From Candidatus Kaiserbacteria bacterium (GTDB taxonomy: Bacteria > Patescibacteriota > Minisyncoccia > Phycocordibacterales > Phycocordibacteraceae), in contig JAHFMT010000001.1 in NCBI GenBank assembly GCA_023267735.1, positions 1 to 38,260 of the forward strand: 38,260 nucleotides of DNA, read 5' to 3'. Numbering within the stretch: position 1 is the stretch's first letter; each line of letters starts with the position of its first letter. A model generated the notes under the pieces. That model made no database searches. It was given only the letters and a program-made list of their open reading frames with translations, and had not been told where the DNA came from. The translations under genes and the position numbers were made by a program. Positions 28,470 through 38,260 of the stretch are shown here, piece by piece.

Positions 28470-29798
28470 ATGGCACCAATGCGACGTATGGCCGTTGTGC
28501 TGTTTTTGGGAGACATAGCCTTTCTGGCGGTGTCGCTTTGGCTGTCGCTATATGTGCGTGCCTTCAAGGTACCTGCCTGGTCCTATTTTGGGGATCACGT
28601 GCTCGGATTCATTCCGGTGTTTCTGGTGTCGATAGGTATTTTCTTTATCGCAGGTCTGTATGAAAAGCAGACACGCGTTATCCGCTCATTCATGACGGGC
28701 CGCATTTTCGGTGCTCAGATAGCCAGTATCTTAGTCGGTGTCGTGTGCTTCTTCTTCTTGCCGCTTGATATTGCACCAAAGACAGTCCTCGTGCTCTACC
28801 TCATTATCTCTGTGGTGTTGGTGAGTGTGTGGCGTTTTCTCGTAGCACCGCGGGTAAGTACCGGTGCTCGAGTACAGGCGATATTGGTGGCAAATGGTGA
28901 AGCAGCAACTGAACTTGCGGAAGAGATTAATAGTACTGCCCGGTATGCCATGGAAATTGCTGAGCATATTACCGTTGCTGACGGGGAAGATGTCTCCGCT
29001 CGTGTACATGCGGCGGTGGCCAAGGGTGCACGTATGCTTATTGTGGATACCCGCAATCCAGTATTAGGGAACACACAGCCATCTCTATACGACATGACCT
29101 TTTCACAGGTGAGTGTCATAGAGTTCACGACGCTCTACGAAGACGTGTTTGATCGTGTACCACTCGATCATATTGATTACGCGTGGATACTTGAATGTCT
29201 GCCAAAGCGACATCGCCTGTATGAAGTAGGCAAGCGTGCTTTTGATGCGGTGCTTGCGCTTGTGGGTATGGTGATTGCCGTGCCCATACTCATTATTCCC
29301 GTACTCGTCCTTGCCTGTTCGGGCGGGCATCCGTTTATCTTCTCGGGACGTATAGGGAAGGATGGCCATCTGGTGCGTATTATCAAACTCCGTACCAAGC
29401 TGTTTTACGATGGAGGTGATCCTGAGAAGCAGAAGATCAATAGAGAAACAACATTTGGTACCTTTTTACGCCGTACCCGTATTGATGAATTACCACAGCT
29501 CGTAAATATCTTGCGTGGCGAGCTTTCCTTTATTGGTCCACGTCCAGAACTGCCAACTATTGCCGCGGTATATCAAAAGGAGGTGCCATATTACGACGTT
29601 CGCCACCTCATTACCCCAGGACTTTCTGGGTGGGCGCAGATACGTGACTACGATGCACCCCGAGGTGGGGCAGATATAGAGCGTACGCGGCGCAAGCTCT
29701 CCTACGATTTGTACTATCTTACGCGTCGTTCGTTTGTGCTTGATCTAGTCATTACGCTTAAAACCATACGCGCACTGGTTGCCGTATCTGGTCGCTAG
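28470..29798 (+). CDS. Polyprenyl-phosphate sugar phosphotransferase (WbaP/WcaJ-like priming transferase)
   Basis: N-terminal TMs, KR.FD, R.GKDG, KLRT, LR.TRIDELPQL.NILRGELSFIGPRPE, PGLSGWAQ, YDLYY. Confidence 0.93.
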   Translation: MAPMRRMAVVLFLGDIAFLAVSLWLSLYVRAFKVPAWSYFGDHVLGFIPVFLVSIGIFFIAGLYEKQTRVIRSFMTGRIFGAQIASILVGVVCFFFLPLDIAPKTVLVLYLIISVVLVSVWRFLVAPRVSTGARVQAILVANGEAATELAEEINSTARYAMEIAEHITVADGEDVSARVHAAVAKGARMLIVDTRNPVLGNTQPSLYDMTFSQVSVIEFTTLYEDVFDRVPLDHIDYAWILECLPKRHRLYEVGKRAFDAVLALVGMVIAVPILIIPVLVLACSGGHPFIFSGRIGKDGHLVRIIKLRTKLFYDGGDPEKQKINRETTFGTFLRRTRIDELPQLVNILRGELSFIGPRPELPTIAAVYQKEVPYYDVRHLITPGLSGWAQIRDYDAPRGGADIERTRRKLSYDLYYLTRRSFVLDLVITLKTIRALVAVSGR

Positions 29799-29802
29799 TC
29801 CT

Positions 29803-30597
29803 ATGCGTATTGATGGTCGTCAGATAGCGCGTCATATACTTGCGCGTACGCGGGAAGCGCTTGATGGTGCATGTCCCGTGGTACGGGCGATAACGGTCGC
29901 GCCAACAAGAGCAACAGAGTCGTATCTTGCGATTAAGTCTGCACGTGCGAAAGATGCGGGGATGGTACTTGAGGTAGTACGCCTTGCTGATGTTGCTTCT
30001 ACGCAAGAGGTTATCGCTGCAGTTACTGCTCCCGGTGCTGATGCGGTTATTGTGCAGCTACCACTCCCTGCGTCTATTGATACAGCAGCAGTACTTGCTG
30101 CTATTCCCGTAGCGAAAGATGCAGACTGTCTTTCTCCCCGCTCGCGCATTGAAGGTGCGTTGCTCCCACCGGTTGCTGGTGCAGTGCAGGCAATACTTGC
30201 GCAGGCGAATGTGTCTGTGACAGGGAAACGGGCAGTGGTTATCGGCGCTGGGTGGTTGGTGGGGGAGCCGGTTGCGGCGTATTTAACGGCACAAGGTGCA
30301 AACGTGGTTGTTATAGAGAAGACCGATGATCTTGCTACAGCAGTGGCTGATGCAAATATTATTGTTTCCGGTGCTGGATCCCCGCACCTTGTTACACCGA
30401 ACTTGTTGAAGCAGGGTGTAGTACTTATTGATGCGGGAACTTCTGAGTCGGGTGGTGCAGTGGTGGGGGATGTAGACCCGTTGTGTGAAGCGGTGGCAGC
30501 GGTATATACCCCTGTGCCAGGTGGGGTGGGACCGGTTGCCGTTGCCTGCCTCTTTGAAAATGTGGCTAAAACAGTGCTTTCCGGCACCCCATTTTAA
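29803..30597 (+). CDS. folD: Methylenetetrahydrofolate dehydrogenase/cyclohydrolase
   Basis: IDG..IA, Y...K, IVQLPLP, KD.D.L, ID.G, GDVD, TPVPGGVGP. Confidence 0.93.
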   Translation: MRIDGRQIARHILARTREALDGACPVVRAITVAPTRATESYLAIKSARAKDAGMVLEVVRLADVASTQEVIAAVTAPGADAVIVQLPLPASIDTAAVLAAIPVAKDADCLSPRSRIEGALLPPVAGAVQAILAQANVSVTGKRAVVIGAGWLVGEPVAAYLTAQGANVVVIEKTDDLATAVADANIIVSGAGSPHLVTPNLLKQGVVLIDAGTSESGGAVVGDVDPLCEAVAAVYTPVPGGVGPVAVACLFENVAKTVLSGTPF

Positions 30598-30627
30598 AAA
30601 ATGCCGTAAGGAGTATACTGGCGGGAT

Positions 30628-31932
30628 ATGCTGAAATACCGTATTTTTGCGTTCTGGATTTTGGTCGCAGGTGCGCTTTTATCATGGTTCGTGTTCGCTA
30701 CAAACACTGCAGATTCTAAATACACCACGAAGCTTGGGTTGGATCTTGCTGGTGGTACGCAGTTGGTGTATCGCGCAGATACTGCAAATCTCGCAGGTCA
30801 AAAGGATGAGGTGCTTGCCGCACTTCGTGAAGTTGTTGAGCGTCGTGTGAATCTCTTTGGTGTTGCGGAGCCGTTGGTGCAGGTGGAGCGTTCAAGTGCG
30901 GTTGCTGGTGAAGCAGAAGATCGTCTTCTGGTAGAGCTTCCAGGTGTTACTGATGTAGATGCCGCGGTTGCCGCGCTCGGTCAGACACCACTGCTTGAGT
31001 TTAAGCTTGGCGGTGAAGCAGTTGATGGCAAGGTGGCATTTATGCCCACACCCCTTACGGGTCGGTATCTCAAGAACGCTGAGCTGCAGTTTGGCGCAGG
31101 GAATGGCCGTCGCAATGAGCCAGTGGTGGTGCTCCACTTCACTGACGAAGGAGCAGCGCTCTTTGAAAAGATTACGAGCGAACATGTAGGGAAAACACTC
31201 GCCATCTTCCTTGATGGTCAACCTATCTCTACGCCAGTTATCCGTGAAGCTATCGCCGGTGGTACTGCCGTAGTGAGTGGGAACTTCACTCCTGCAGAGG
31301 CACGTGACTTGGTGAAGAATCTTAACTTCGGTGCGCTTCCGGTTGCGATCACTCTTACAGGAAGTGGCACGGTTGGTCCTACCCTTGGTGCCGCAGCGCT
31401 TAAGGCAGGTGAGTTTGCAGGTATGCTCGGCTTCCTCCTCATCACGCTTTTCATGGTGCTCTGGTATCGCTTGCCAGGGCTCGTGGCATCTATATCACTC
31501 GCTATTTATGTAGCGATGAACATTGCGCTCATCAAGTTTATTCCTATCACGCTCACTGCTTCTGGTATTGCCGGTTTCATCCTCTCCATTGGTATGGCAG
31601 TGGATGCAAACGTGCTCATCTTTGAGCGTGTGAAAGAAGAGTTGCGCAAGGGAGTGGGAACACGTGAAGCGTTACGTCTTGGCTTTAAGCGCGCATGGCC
31701 AGCGATTCGTGATGGTCACTTCACGATGCTTATCTCATCCATCATCTTGTTCTGGCTTGGTACCAGCGTGGTGCAAGGCTTTGCACTCGTGTTTGGTCTC
31801 GGTATCATCACCTCACTTCTCTCCGCTATCACTCTTACCCGCGTTATGTTGCTCGCCATTCTTCCTGAGAAGCCAAATCGTGTATGGCGCTTCTTGGTAG
31901 GAAGCGGGCTTCGACTCACTAACCACGACTAG
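30628..31932 (+). CDS. secD: Protein translocase subunit SecD
   Basis: LGLDLAGG, RVN.FGVAEP.VQ, VELPG, GALPV, VGPTLG, IGMAVDANVLIFER.KEE. Confidence 0.97.
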   Translation: MLKYRIFAFWILVAGALLSWFVFATNTADSKYTTKLGLDLAGGTQLVYRADTANLAGQKDEVLAALREVVERRVNLFGVAEPLVQVERSSAVAGEAEDRLLVELPGVTDVDAAVAALGQTPLLEFKLGGEAVDGKVAFMPTPLTGRYLKNAELQFGAGNGRRNEPVVVLHFTDEGAALFEKITSEHVGKTLAIFLDGQPISTPVIREAIAGGTAVVSGNFTPAEARDLVKNLNFGALPVAITLTGSGTVGPTLGAAALKAGEFAGMLGFLLITLFMVLWYRLPGLVASISLAIYVAMNIALIKFIPITLTASGIAGFILSIGMAVDANVLIFERVKEELRKGVGTREALRLGFKRAWPAIRDGHFTMLISSIILFWLGTSVVQGFALVFGLGIITSLLSAITLTRVMLLAILPEKPNRVWRFLVGSGLRLTNHD

Positions 31933-31933
31933 T

Positions 31934-32839
31934 ATGTTTATCATCAACCATCGTCCGTTCTTCTTCTGGCTTACAGGTGCACTGCTTGCCGGTGCCGTTG
32001 CCGCCATTGTGTTCTGGGGCTTACCGCTCTCGGTTGAATTTACCGGAGGCTCTCTTGTGGAGGTTCGCTATACCGAGACACGTCCAGAGCTCGCCGCACT
32101 TCACGAAAAACTTCAGCCACTTGCACTCGGTGAGGTCTCACTGCGTGACAGTGGGGAACAGAATATTGTGCTGCGTAGCCGGACACTTTCACCAGAAGAT
32201 TACACGGCCGTGCTTGCTGCACTTGCACCTTCTACCGGTACCGTTGAGGCACTACGCTTCTCATCAGTGGGCTCATCACTAGGTAACGAGCTGACGCGCA
32301 AGGCGTTGTGGGCTATTGGTGCCGTGATGCTTGCCATCATGCTCTACATTGCATGGGCCTTCCGTAAGGTATCAAAGCCAGTACCCTCATGGGGCTATGG
32401 CGTTACGGTGGTGTTAATGCTCGCTATCGACATTATTGTCCCTGCTGGTTTCTTTGCTGGGCTTGCGCACTTCACGGGTGCTGAAGTTGATACGCTGTTC
32501 GTGATTGCGCTCCTGGCACTTCTTGGATACTGCGTGAATGACGTGATTGTTATCTTCGATCGTATTCGTGAACACTTGGCACACAATGAACAGAAGGGCA
32601 TCAGGGAGCCATTTGAAGAGACGATAGGGAAGTCTATTACCGAAACACTCGGTCGCTCTATCAACACATCACTTACGGTGGTCATCGCACTTCTTGCGCT
32701 GGTATTCTTCGGTCCTGCAGCAACCGTGAACTTCTCATTAGTGATGTTGGTGGGTGTGCTTGCGGGTACGTTCTCCTCTATCTGCCGTTCGGCACCGCTC
32801 CTCATTCCTATCGCTCGCTGGATTGGAAAGAAGGCATAG
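31934..32839 (+). CDS. secF: Protein translocase subunit SecF
   Basis: EFTGGS, VG.SLG.EL, GY.VND.IVIFDRIRE, RSINTS.T, GTFSSI. Confidence 0.96.
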   Translation: MFIINHRPFFFWLTGALLAGAVAAIVFWGLPLSVEFTGGSLVEVRYTETRPELAALHEKLQPLALGEVSLRDSGEQNIVLRSRTLSPEDYTAVLAALAPSTGTVEALRFSSVGSSLGNELTRKALWAIGAVMLAIMLYIAWAFRKVSKPVPSWGYGVTVVLMLAIDIIVPAGFFAGLAHFTGAEVDTLFVIALLALLGYCVNDVIVIFDRIREHLAHNEQKGIREPFEETIGKSITETLGRSINTSLTVVIALLALVFFGPAATVNFSLVMLVGVLAGTFSSICRSAPLLIPIARWIGKKA

Positions 32840-33040
32840 TTGTTTCTAAACAAACAAAAAACACGGGGCAGATGCTCCGTGTTTTTTGTTTATAAAAGGG
32901 GTAGGGACAAGCAAACACCGCGGCACTTTCCTCAAGTGCGCTTGGCAAGGCTTGACGGCTTGTGTGTACTATACACCCCCACCCCCGGAGCACAATCTTG
33001 ACACAAGAATATAGGCATTTCTGCGCTTTAGAGGTAGTGC

Positions 33041-33069
33041 TTGACGCCCTGTCTCTAGTCGGATACTAT
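33041..33069 (+). promoter_or_regulatory. 16S rRNA promoter
   Basis: TTGACG-17 nt-TACTAT, with a boxA-like TTGACAATTCAATA at 33148-33161. Confidence 0.7.
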
Positions 33070-33261
33070 TGCCACACCAGTCCGAAAACGGATGGGCAAA
33101 CACACTGAAGGGGCCCGAAAGAGTCCCGAGGTGTCTTGTACTGTTTTTTGACAATTCAATAGTTACTAAATCATGACCATCTTGTGAGAGATGGAGCAAT
33201 GCTCCATCCCCATAAGGTAAGAAAAAAGAAGAAAGAAGTAAGTTATTGTGTTCCGCCTATT

Positions 33262-34726
<1,465 letters not shown>

Positions 34727-34914
34727 GAATCGTCTCTTCGGAGACCATCCTGGTCGGTCCATTTCGTTGAAATGGATAGTGGAGATAGTACTTGTCCCAA
34801 AACAGTACTCGGAGACCGGTTAACGTTACCGGTGTCAGGTTGGAGCGCTCAATTGACGCCCCAAACCTGGCGAATAGGCGGAACACAATAGTTCGCTTCT
34901 TTCTTTTTCATGTA

Positions 34915-34942
34915 GCAAACACCGCCCTAAGGCGGTGTTTGT
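34915..34942. terminator. Terminator of the 16S unit
   Basis: GCAAACACCGCC-CTAA-GGCGGTGTTTGT. Confidence 0.75.
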
Positions 34943-34987
34943 GTTAGGGTGGCGATTTGTATCCAAATTTGGTAGCATCTCTTTACT

Positions 34988-35063
34988 GCGCGTGTAGCTC
35001 AGCTGGTAGAGCACTCGACTGATACTCGAGCGGTCGTAGGTTCAAATCCTACCGCGCGCACCA
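34988..35063 (+). tRNA. tRNA-Ile (GAU)
   Basis: 76-nt cloverleaf: acceptor GCGCGTG/CGCGCGC, D arm GCTC/GAGC, anticodon arm CTCGA-CT GAT AC-TCGAG, T arm GTAGG-TTCAAAT-CCTAC and encoded ACCA. Confidence 0.95.
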
Positions 35064-35068
35064 AAGGT

Positions 35069-35103
35069 AAAAGAAAAACCGCACATACGCGGTTTTTCTT
35101 TTT
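35069..35103. terminator. Terminator after tRNA-Ile
   Basis: AAAAGAAAAACCGC / GCGGTTTTTCTTTT. Confidence 0.8.
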
Positions 35104-35152
35104 GTGTTAATAATCGATACTCTTGCGTGGGGTACGGGATATACTAATGAGT

Positions 35153-35641
35153 ATGAAAGAAGCATTGGTGGTGGGGGTGTTGGTACTACTTGCAGCGGCA
35201 GGCGGCGCATGGCTCTTCGTGAAGGGCTCACCATTTGCGCACACGGAGGCACCAGCTGCAGTTTCCTTTGCGCTTCTTACCAAGGGGGATCAATCAGGTG
35301 AAGTGCCTCCTGCGGTAAACTATCGGGTTACCAATACAGATGAATTGGCGATGCTGTGGACCATGCTTGGCCGCACTGATGCCATGCCAGAGGTAGATTT
35401 TACTATGAGTGAAGTGCTGGCAGTGTTTGATGAAGAGCGCCCTTCAGCAGGATATGCGGTAGAGGTGGTGTCGGTGTCAGACGCAAACGATACGCGCACG
35501 GTAACCATACGCCACCTGCTCCCAGGAGAGAGCTGTACGAATGCACAGATGCTCACAAAGCCATATGTACTGATAACGGTGCCAAAGACGACGCTCCCCC
35601 TTACTCATGCACGTGAGAGTGTGACCGTGCCGTGCGAGTAG
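35153..35641 (+). CDS. Membrane-anchored PrcB C-terminal domain protein
   Basis: N-terminal TM, P.VDF....VLAVF..ERPS.GY.VEV and P...C...Q..T.PY.LI.VPK. Confidence 0.8.
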   Translation: MKEALVVGVLVLLAAAGGAWLFVKGSPFAHTEAPAAVSFALLTKGDQSGEVPPAVNYRVTNTDELAMLWTMLGRTDAMPEVDFTMSEVLAVFDEERPSAGYAVEVVSVSDANDTRTVTIRHLLPGESCTNAQMLTKPYVLITVPKTTLPLTHARESVTVPCE

Positions 35642-35671
35642 TTTTCTTTTGAGAGTCTGATACAGTGTCGG

Positions 35672-35810
35672 AGACCGCTGCCTACCCTGGTTGCACCAGA
35701 CCTTGAGAGGTGGTCGTCGTGCGTAACTGTAACGCACCAAAAAGCGTCCCACCGGGACGTCAGGGAGACCTGGGCCACACGCGACTTGTTCGCGTGTGGC
35801 TTCCTCTTTT
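35672..35810 (+). ncRNA. Candidate structured non-coding RNA or attenuator upstream of rsmI
   Basis: TGaTACAGT -10 at 35658-35666, four to five hairpins, and an 11-bp terminator followed by TTCCTCTTTT. Confidence 0.5.
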
Positions 35811-35824
35811 GCTACAGTGCGTGT

Positions 35825-36505
35825 ATGACTGGCAAACTTTCAGTAGTGGGTACGCCTATAGGGAACTTGGGGGATATTACCTTGCGTGCACTTGAGACGC
35901 TTAAACAGGCTGATGCGATTGCCTGTGAAGATACCCGTGTTACCGCAAAGCTGCTTGCACGATACGAGATAGAAAAGCCACTCCTTATGTACCACGCCCG
36001 CGCCCATGCGCGTGGTGCAGAAAAGATATTTGGTCTGTTAGAGGAGGGGAAGCACATTGCGCTTGTCACTGATGCAGGTACCCCGGGTATTTCTGATCCA
36101 GGTACCGAGTTGGTATATGAAGTGCGTCGTCGATTCCCTGAGGTGACGATTGAAGCTGTACCAGGACCTTCCGCACTTGCCGCAGCACTTTCTATCGCAG
36201 GTGTGCCCACAGCAGAATTTATATTCTTAGGTTTTTTGCCGCACAAGAAAGGGCGACAGACACTATTTCGTGAGATAGGGGAGACGGAGCGTGCAGTCGT
36301 GTTTTACGAGTCTCCGCACCGTATACAAAAAGCATTAGCATCTCTTTCTGATGTACTTACCGACGCGCGCCGCGTGGTGGTGCTTCGTGAACTTACCAAG
36401 ATGTTTGAGTCAGTGGTAACGGGAACGGCAGCAGAGGTGCGTGATTATTTCACACTTCATGCTGACAAGGCACGGGGTGAATTTGTAGTGGTTGTTGCGC
36501 CTTAG
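35825..36505 (+). CDS. rsmI: 16S rRNA (cytidine1402-2'-O)-methyltransferase
   Basis: VGTPIGNLGDITLRA, ACEDTR, DAGTPGISDPG, PGPSA, YESPHRI, RELTK.FE, GEFV. Confidence 0.97.
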   Translation: MTGKLSVVGTPIGNLGDITLRALETLKQADAIACEDTRVTAKLLARYEIEKPLLMYHARAHARGAEKIFGLLEEGKHIALVTDAGTPGISDPGTELVYEVRRRFPEVTIEAVPGPSALAAALSIAGVPTAEFIFLGFLPHKKGRQTLFREIGETERAVVFYESPHRIQKALASLSDVLTDARRVVVLRELTKMFESVVTGTAAEVRDYFTLHADKARGEFVVVVAP

Positions 36506-36523
36506 TTCAGGTATACTTTGCCC

Positions 36524-36745
36524 ATGACTCGTCCAAGCATACTCATTACCCTCGGGGTTATTATCGTGCTTTTGCCATTCTCTGGTCTGCCTATTTCTTT
36601 CCGTTCCTTTATCATGCCACTTGCTGGTCTTGCGGTCATTGGTGTCGGTATCTCACTCCGTGCACCGAAAGCACTGCCACCACTTGAATCTGCAGCTCCT
36701 GAGCCAGAGTCAGCACCTCCTGCACATCCGCAAGCAATGGGATAA
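36524..36745 (+). CDS. Small two-TM membrane protein
   Basis: LITLGVII.LLPF.GLP...hydrophobic hairpin with a Pro/Ala/Glu tail. TATACT lies 6 nt before the ATG. Confidence 0.75.
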   Translation: MTRPSILITLGVIIVLLPFSGLPISFRSFIMPLAGLAVIGVGISLRAPKALPPLESAAPEPESAPPAHPQAMG

Positions 36746-36787
36746 CATACTGCCGCTAAGCGCGGCAGTGTTGCTATACTAATACGC

Positions 36788-38260
36788 ATGATAGAGAACC
36801 CGGAACGGGTAACGTACTTTGCTGCCACGGATAATCGCGGTCGTCGCACGCCGTTTGGTATTAAACAGAAGGACCGTTCTAAGCATATGTACATCATTGG
36901 GAAGACGGGTATGGGTAAGTCAACCCTTATCGAGAATCTTGCCATTCAAGATATCAGGAACGGTGAAGGTCTTGCGATTATTGATCCGCACGGTGGTACT
37001 GCAGACAAACTCCTGTCATATATTCCACCAGAGCGCGTTAATGATGTGGTGTATTTTGCACCATTTGATCTTGAACACCCTATCGCCTTTAACGTGATGG
37101 AAGATGTGGGGTATGACAAGCGCCACTTGGTGGTGTCAGGCCTTATGGCCACCTTCAAAAAGATTTGGGTAGATGCGTGGTCCGCGCGTATGGAATACAT
37201 TCTTTCCAACACACTCTTGGCGCTTTTGGAATATCCGGGTGCCACACTGCTTGGCGTGAACCGTATGTATACCGACAAAGGGTTCCGCAAGAAAGTGGTC
37301 GACAACGTGAAAGATCCTGTAGTGAAGGACTTTTGGACAAAGGAGTTTGCAAATTACACGGATCGCTTCACCCAAGAGGCAACACCAGCTATTCAAAACA
37401 AGGTGGGACAGTTTATTTCCAACCCGCTTATCCGCAATATTATCGGTCAACCAAAATCATCTTTTGATATTCGCCAGCTGATGGATGACCGAAAGATTCT
37501 CATCGTCAACCTTTCCAAGGGACAGGTGGGTGAGACGAACATGCGTCTTATCGGTTCCATGATTACCACCCGTATCTTCTTGGCAGCAATGAGCCGTGCC
37601 GATCTTTCTGGTGAAGACATAAAGAAGCTCCCGCACTTCTTCTTCTACGTAGATGAATTCCAGAACTTTGCAAACGATACGTTTGCAGACATTTTGTCTG
37701 AGGCGCGTAAGTACAAATTGAATTTGGTCATTGCGAATCAGTACATTAAGCAGCTTGAAAGTACTGACAGCACCGTGGTGAAGGATGCCGTGTTTGGTAA
37801 CGTGGGTACCACGATCGCATTCCGTGTGGGACCGTTTGATGCTGAACAGCTTGAAACTGTCTTCATGCCTGAATTTACCAAGGAAGATTTGGTGAATCTT
37901 GGATTCGCGCAGGTATATCTCTCACTCATGATTGATGGGGTGGGCTCACGTCCTTTTTCTGCAACAACTATTCCGTCCATAGAACCTCCAGCAAAGATTT
38001 TCCGTGAAGAGGTGATTGCCGCGTCGCGCCGTCAGTTTACGGGCGTGCGTGCAGACATTGAGAGCGCTCTCATGCAAGAACTTGCAGAGGCAACACAAGC
38101 TGCTGAAGCTGACGCGCCAGCACCACGTAAGATGGGAGGGAAGCCACCAATGCGTCGTGATGAACCACGTGTTGAACGTGCTATGCAAGCCCCAAGAGAC
38201 ACACGCCCTCCTCCCCAACGGGAACCGATGCGTGCGCCAGAGCCTCGTGCAGAGATGCCG
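36788..38260 (+). CDS. VirD4/TraG/HerA-like P-loop ATPase (3'-truncated, absent from the ORF track)
   Basis: Manual translation MIENPERVTYFAATD..FGIKQKDRSKHMYIIGKTGMGKST (Walker A), IIDPHG, FYVDEFQNFA (Walker B), LSEARKY and ANQY. Open to the window end. Confidence 0.9.
   Translation, partial: MIENPERVTYFAATDNRGRRTPFGIKQKDRSKHMYIIGKTGMGKSTLIENLAIQDIRNGEGLAIIDPHGGTADKLLSYIPPERVNDVVYFAPFDLEHPIAFNVMEDVGYDKRHLVVSGLMATFKKIWVDAWSARMEYILSNTLLALLEYPGATLLGVNRMYTDKGFRKKVVDNVKDPVVKDFWTKEFANYTDRFTQEATPAIQNKVGQFISNPLIRNIIGQPKSSFDIRQLMDDRKILIVNLSKGQVGETNMRLIGSMITTRIFLAAMSRADLSGEDIKKLPHFFFYVDEFQNFANDTFADILSEARKYKLNLVIANQYIKQLESTDSTVVKDAVFGNVGTTIAFRVGPFDAEQLETVFMPEFTKEDLVNLGFAQVYLSLMIDGVGSRPFSATTIPSIEPPAKIFREEVIAASRRQFTGVRADIESALMQELAEATQAAEADAPAPRKMGGKPPMRRDEPRVERAMQAPRDTRPPPQREPMRAPEPRAEMP

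Noticed and set aside
35672-35775. Cobalamin or ZTP riboswitch
   Set aside because: AACTGTAA and GGAGACCTG recall the B12 element, and CCACCGGG and CCTGGGC recall ZTP. However, the GGGAA..GGTG.AA.TCC core and the GGCG/CGCC pseudoknot are missing, and rsmI is not a fitting target.

Overview
Housekeeping region of a Patescibacteria (CPR) chromosome, most likely Parcubacteria, using genetic code 11. The taxon is inferred from gene content, 16S signatures and rRNA introns. Recognisable genes are recO, glyQS, an AI-2E transporter, metG, tatD, rpsF-ssb-rpsR, efp, recA, ftsK, an S-layer-like peptidoglycan-binding protein, L10 leader-rplJ-rplL, rodA, two polysaccharide transferases, folD, secD-secF, rsmI and a 3'-truncated VirD4/HerA-like ATPase. 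The rRNA genes are unlinked: 23S-5S lies about 8 kb upstream of a separately promoted 16S, followed by tRNA-Ile. The main signal is in the 23S gene, which carries two introns. The L2593 intron is a compact canonical group I intron. The 189-nt L1931 intron keeps P2, P3, P7, P8, P9 and the terminal G but has no P4-P6 domain and has U-A rather than U.G at the 5' splice site. Both introns begin with a long hairpin that folds back over the 5' exon and buries the splice site, which hints at a non-standard, possibly nuclease-assisted, splicing route. The 16S lacks the anti-Shine-Dalgarno motif, and about 16 genes have a -10 box 6-10 nt before the ATG. Several intergenic regions look like unannotated structured RNAs. 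All RNA structures were paired by eye and no searches were run.
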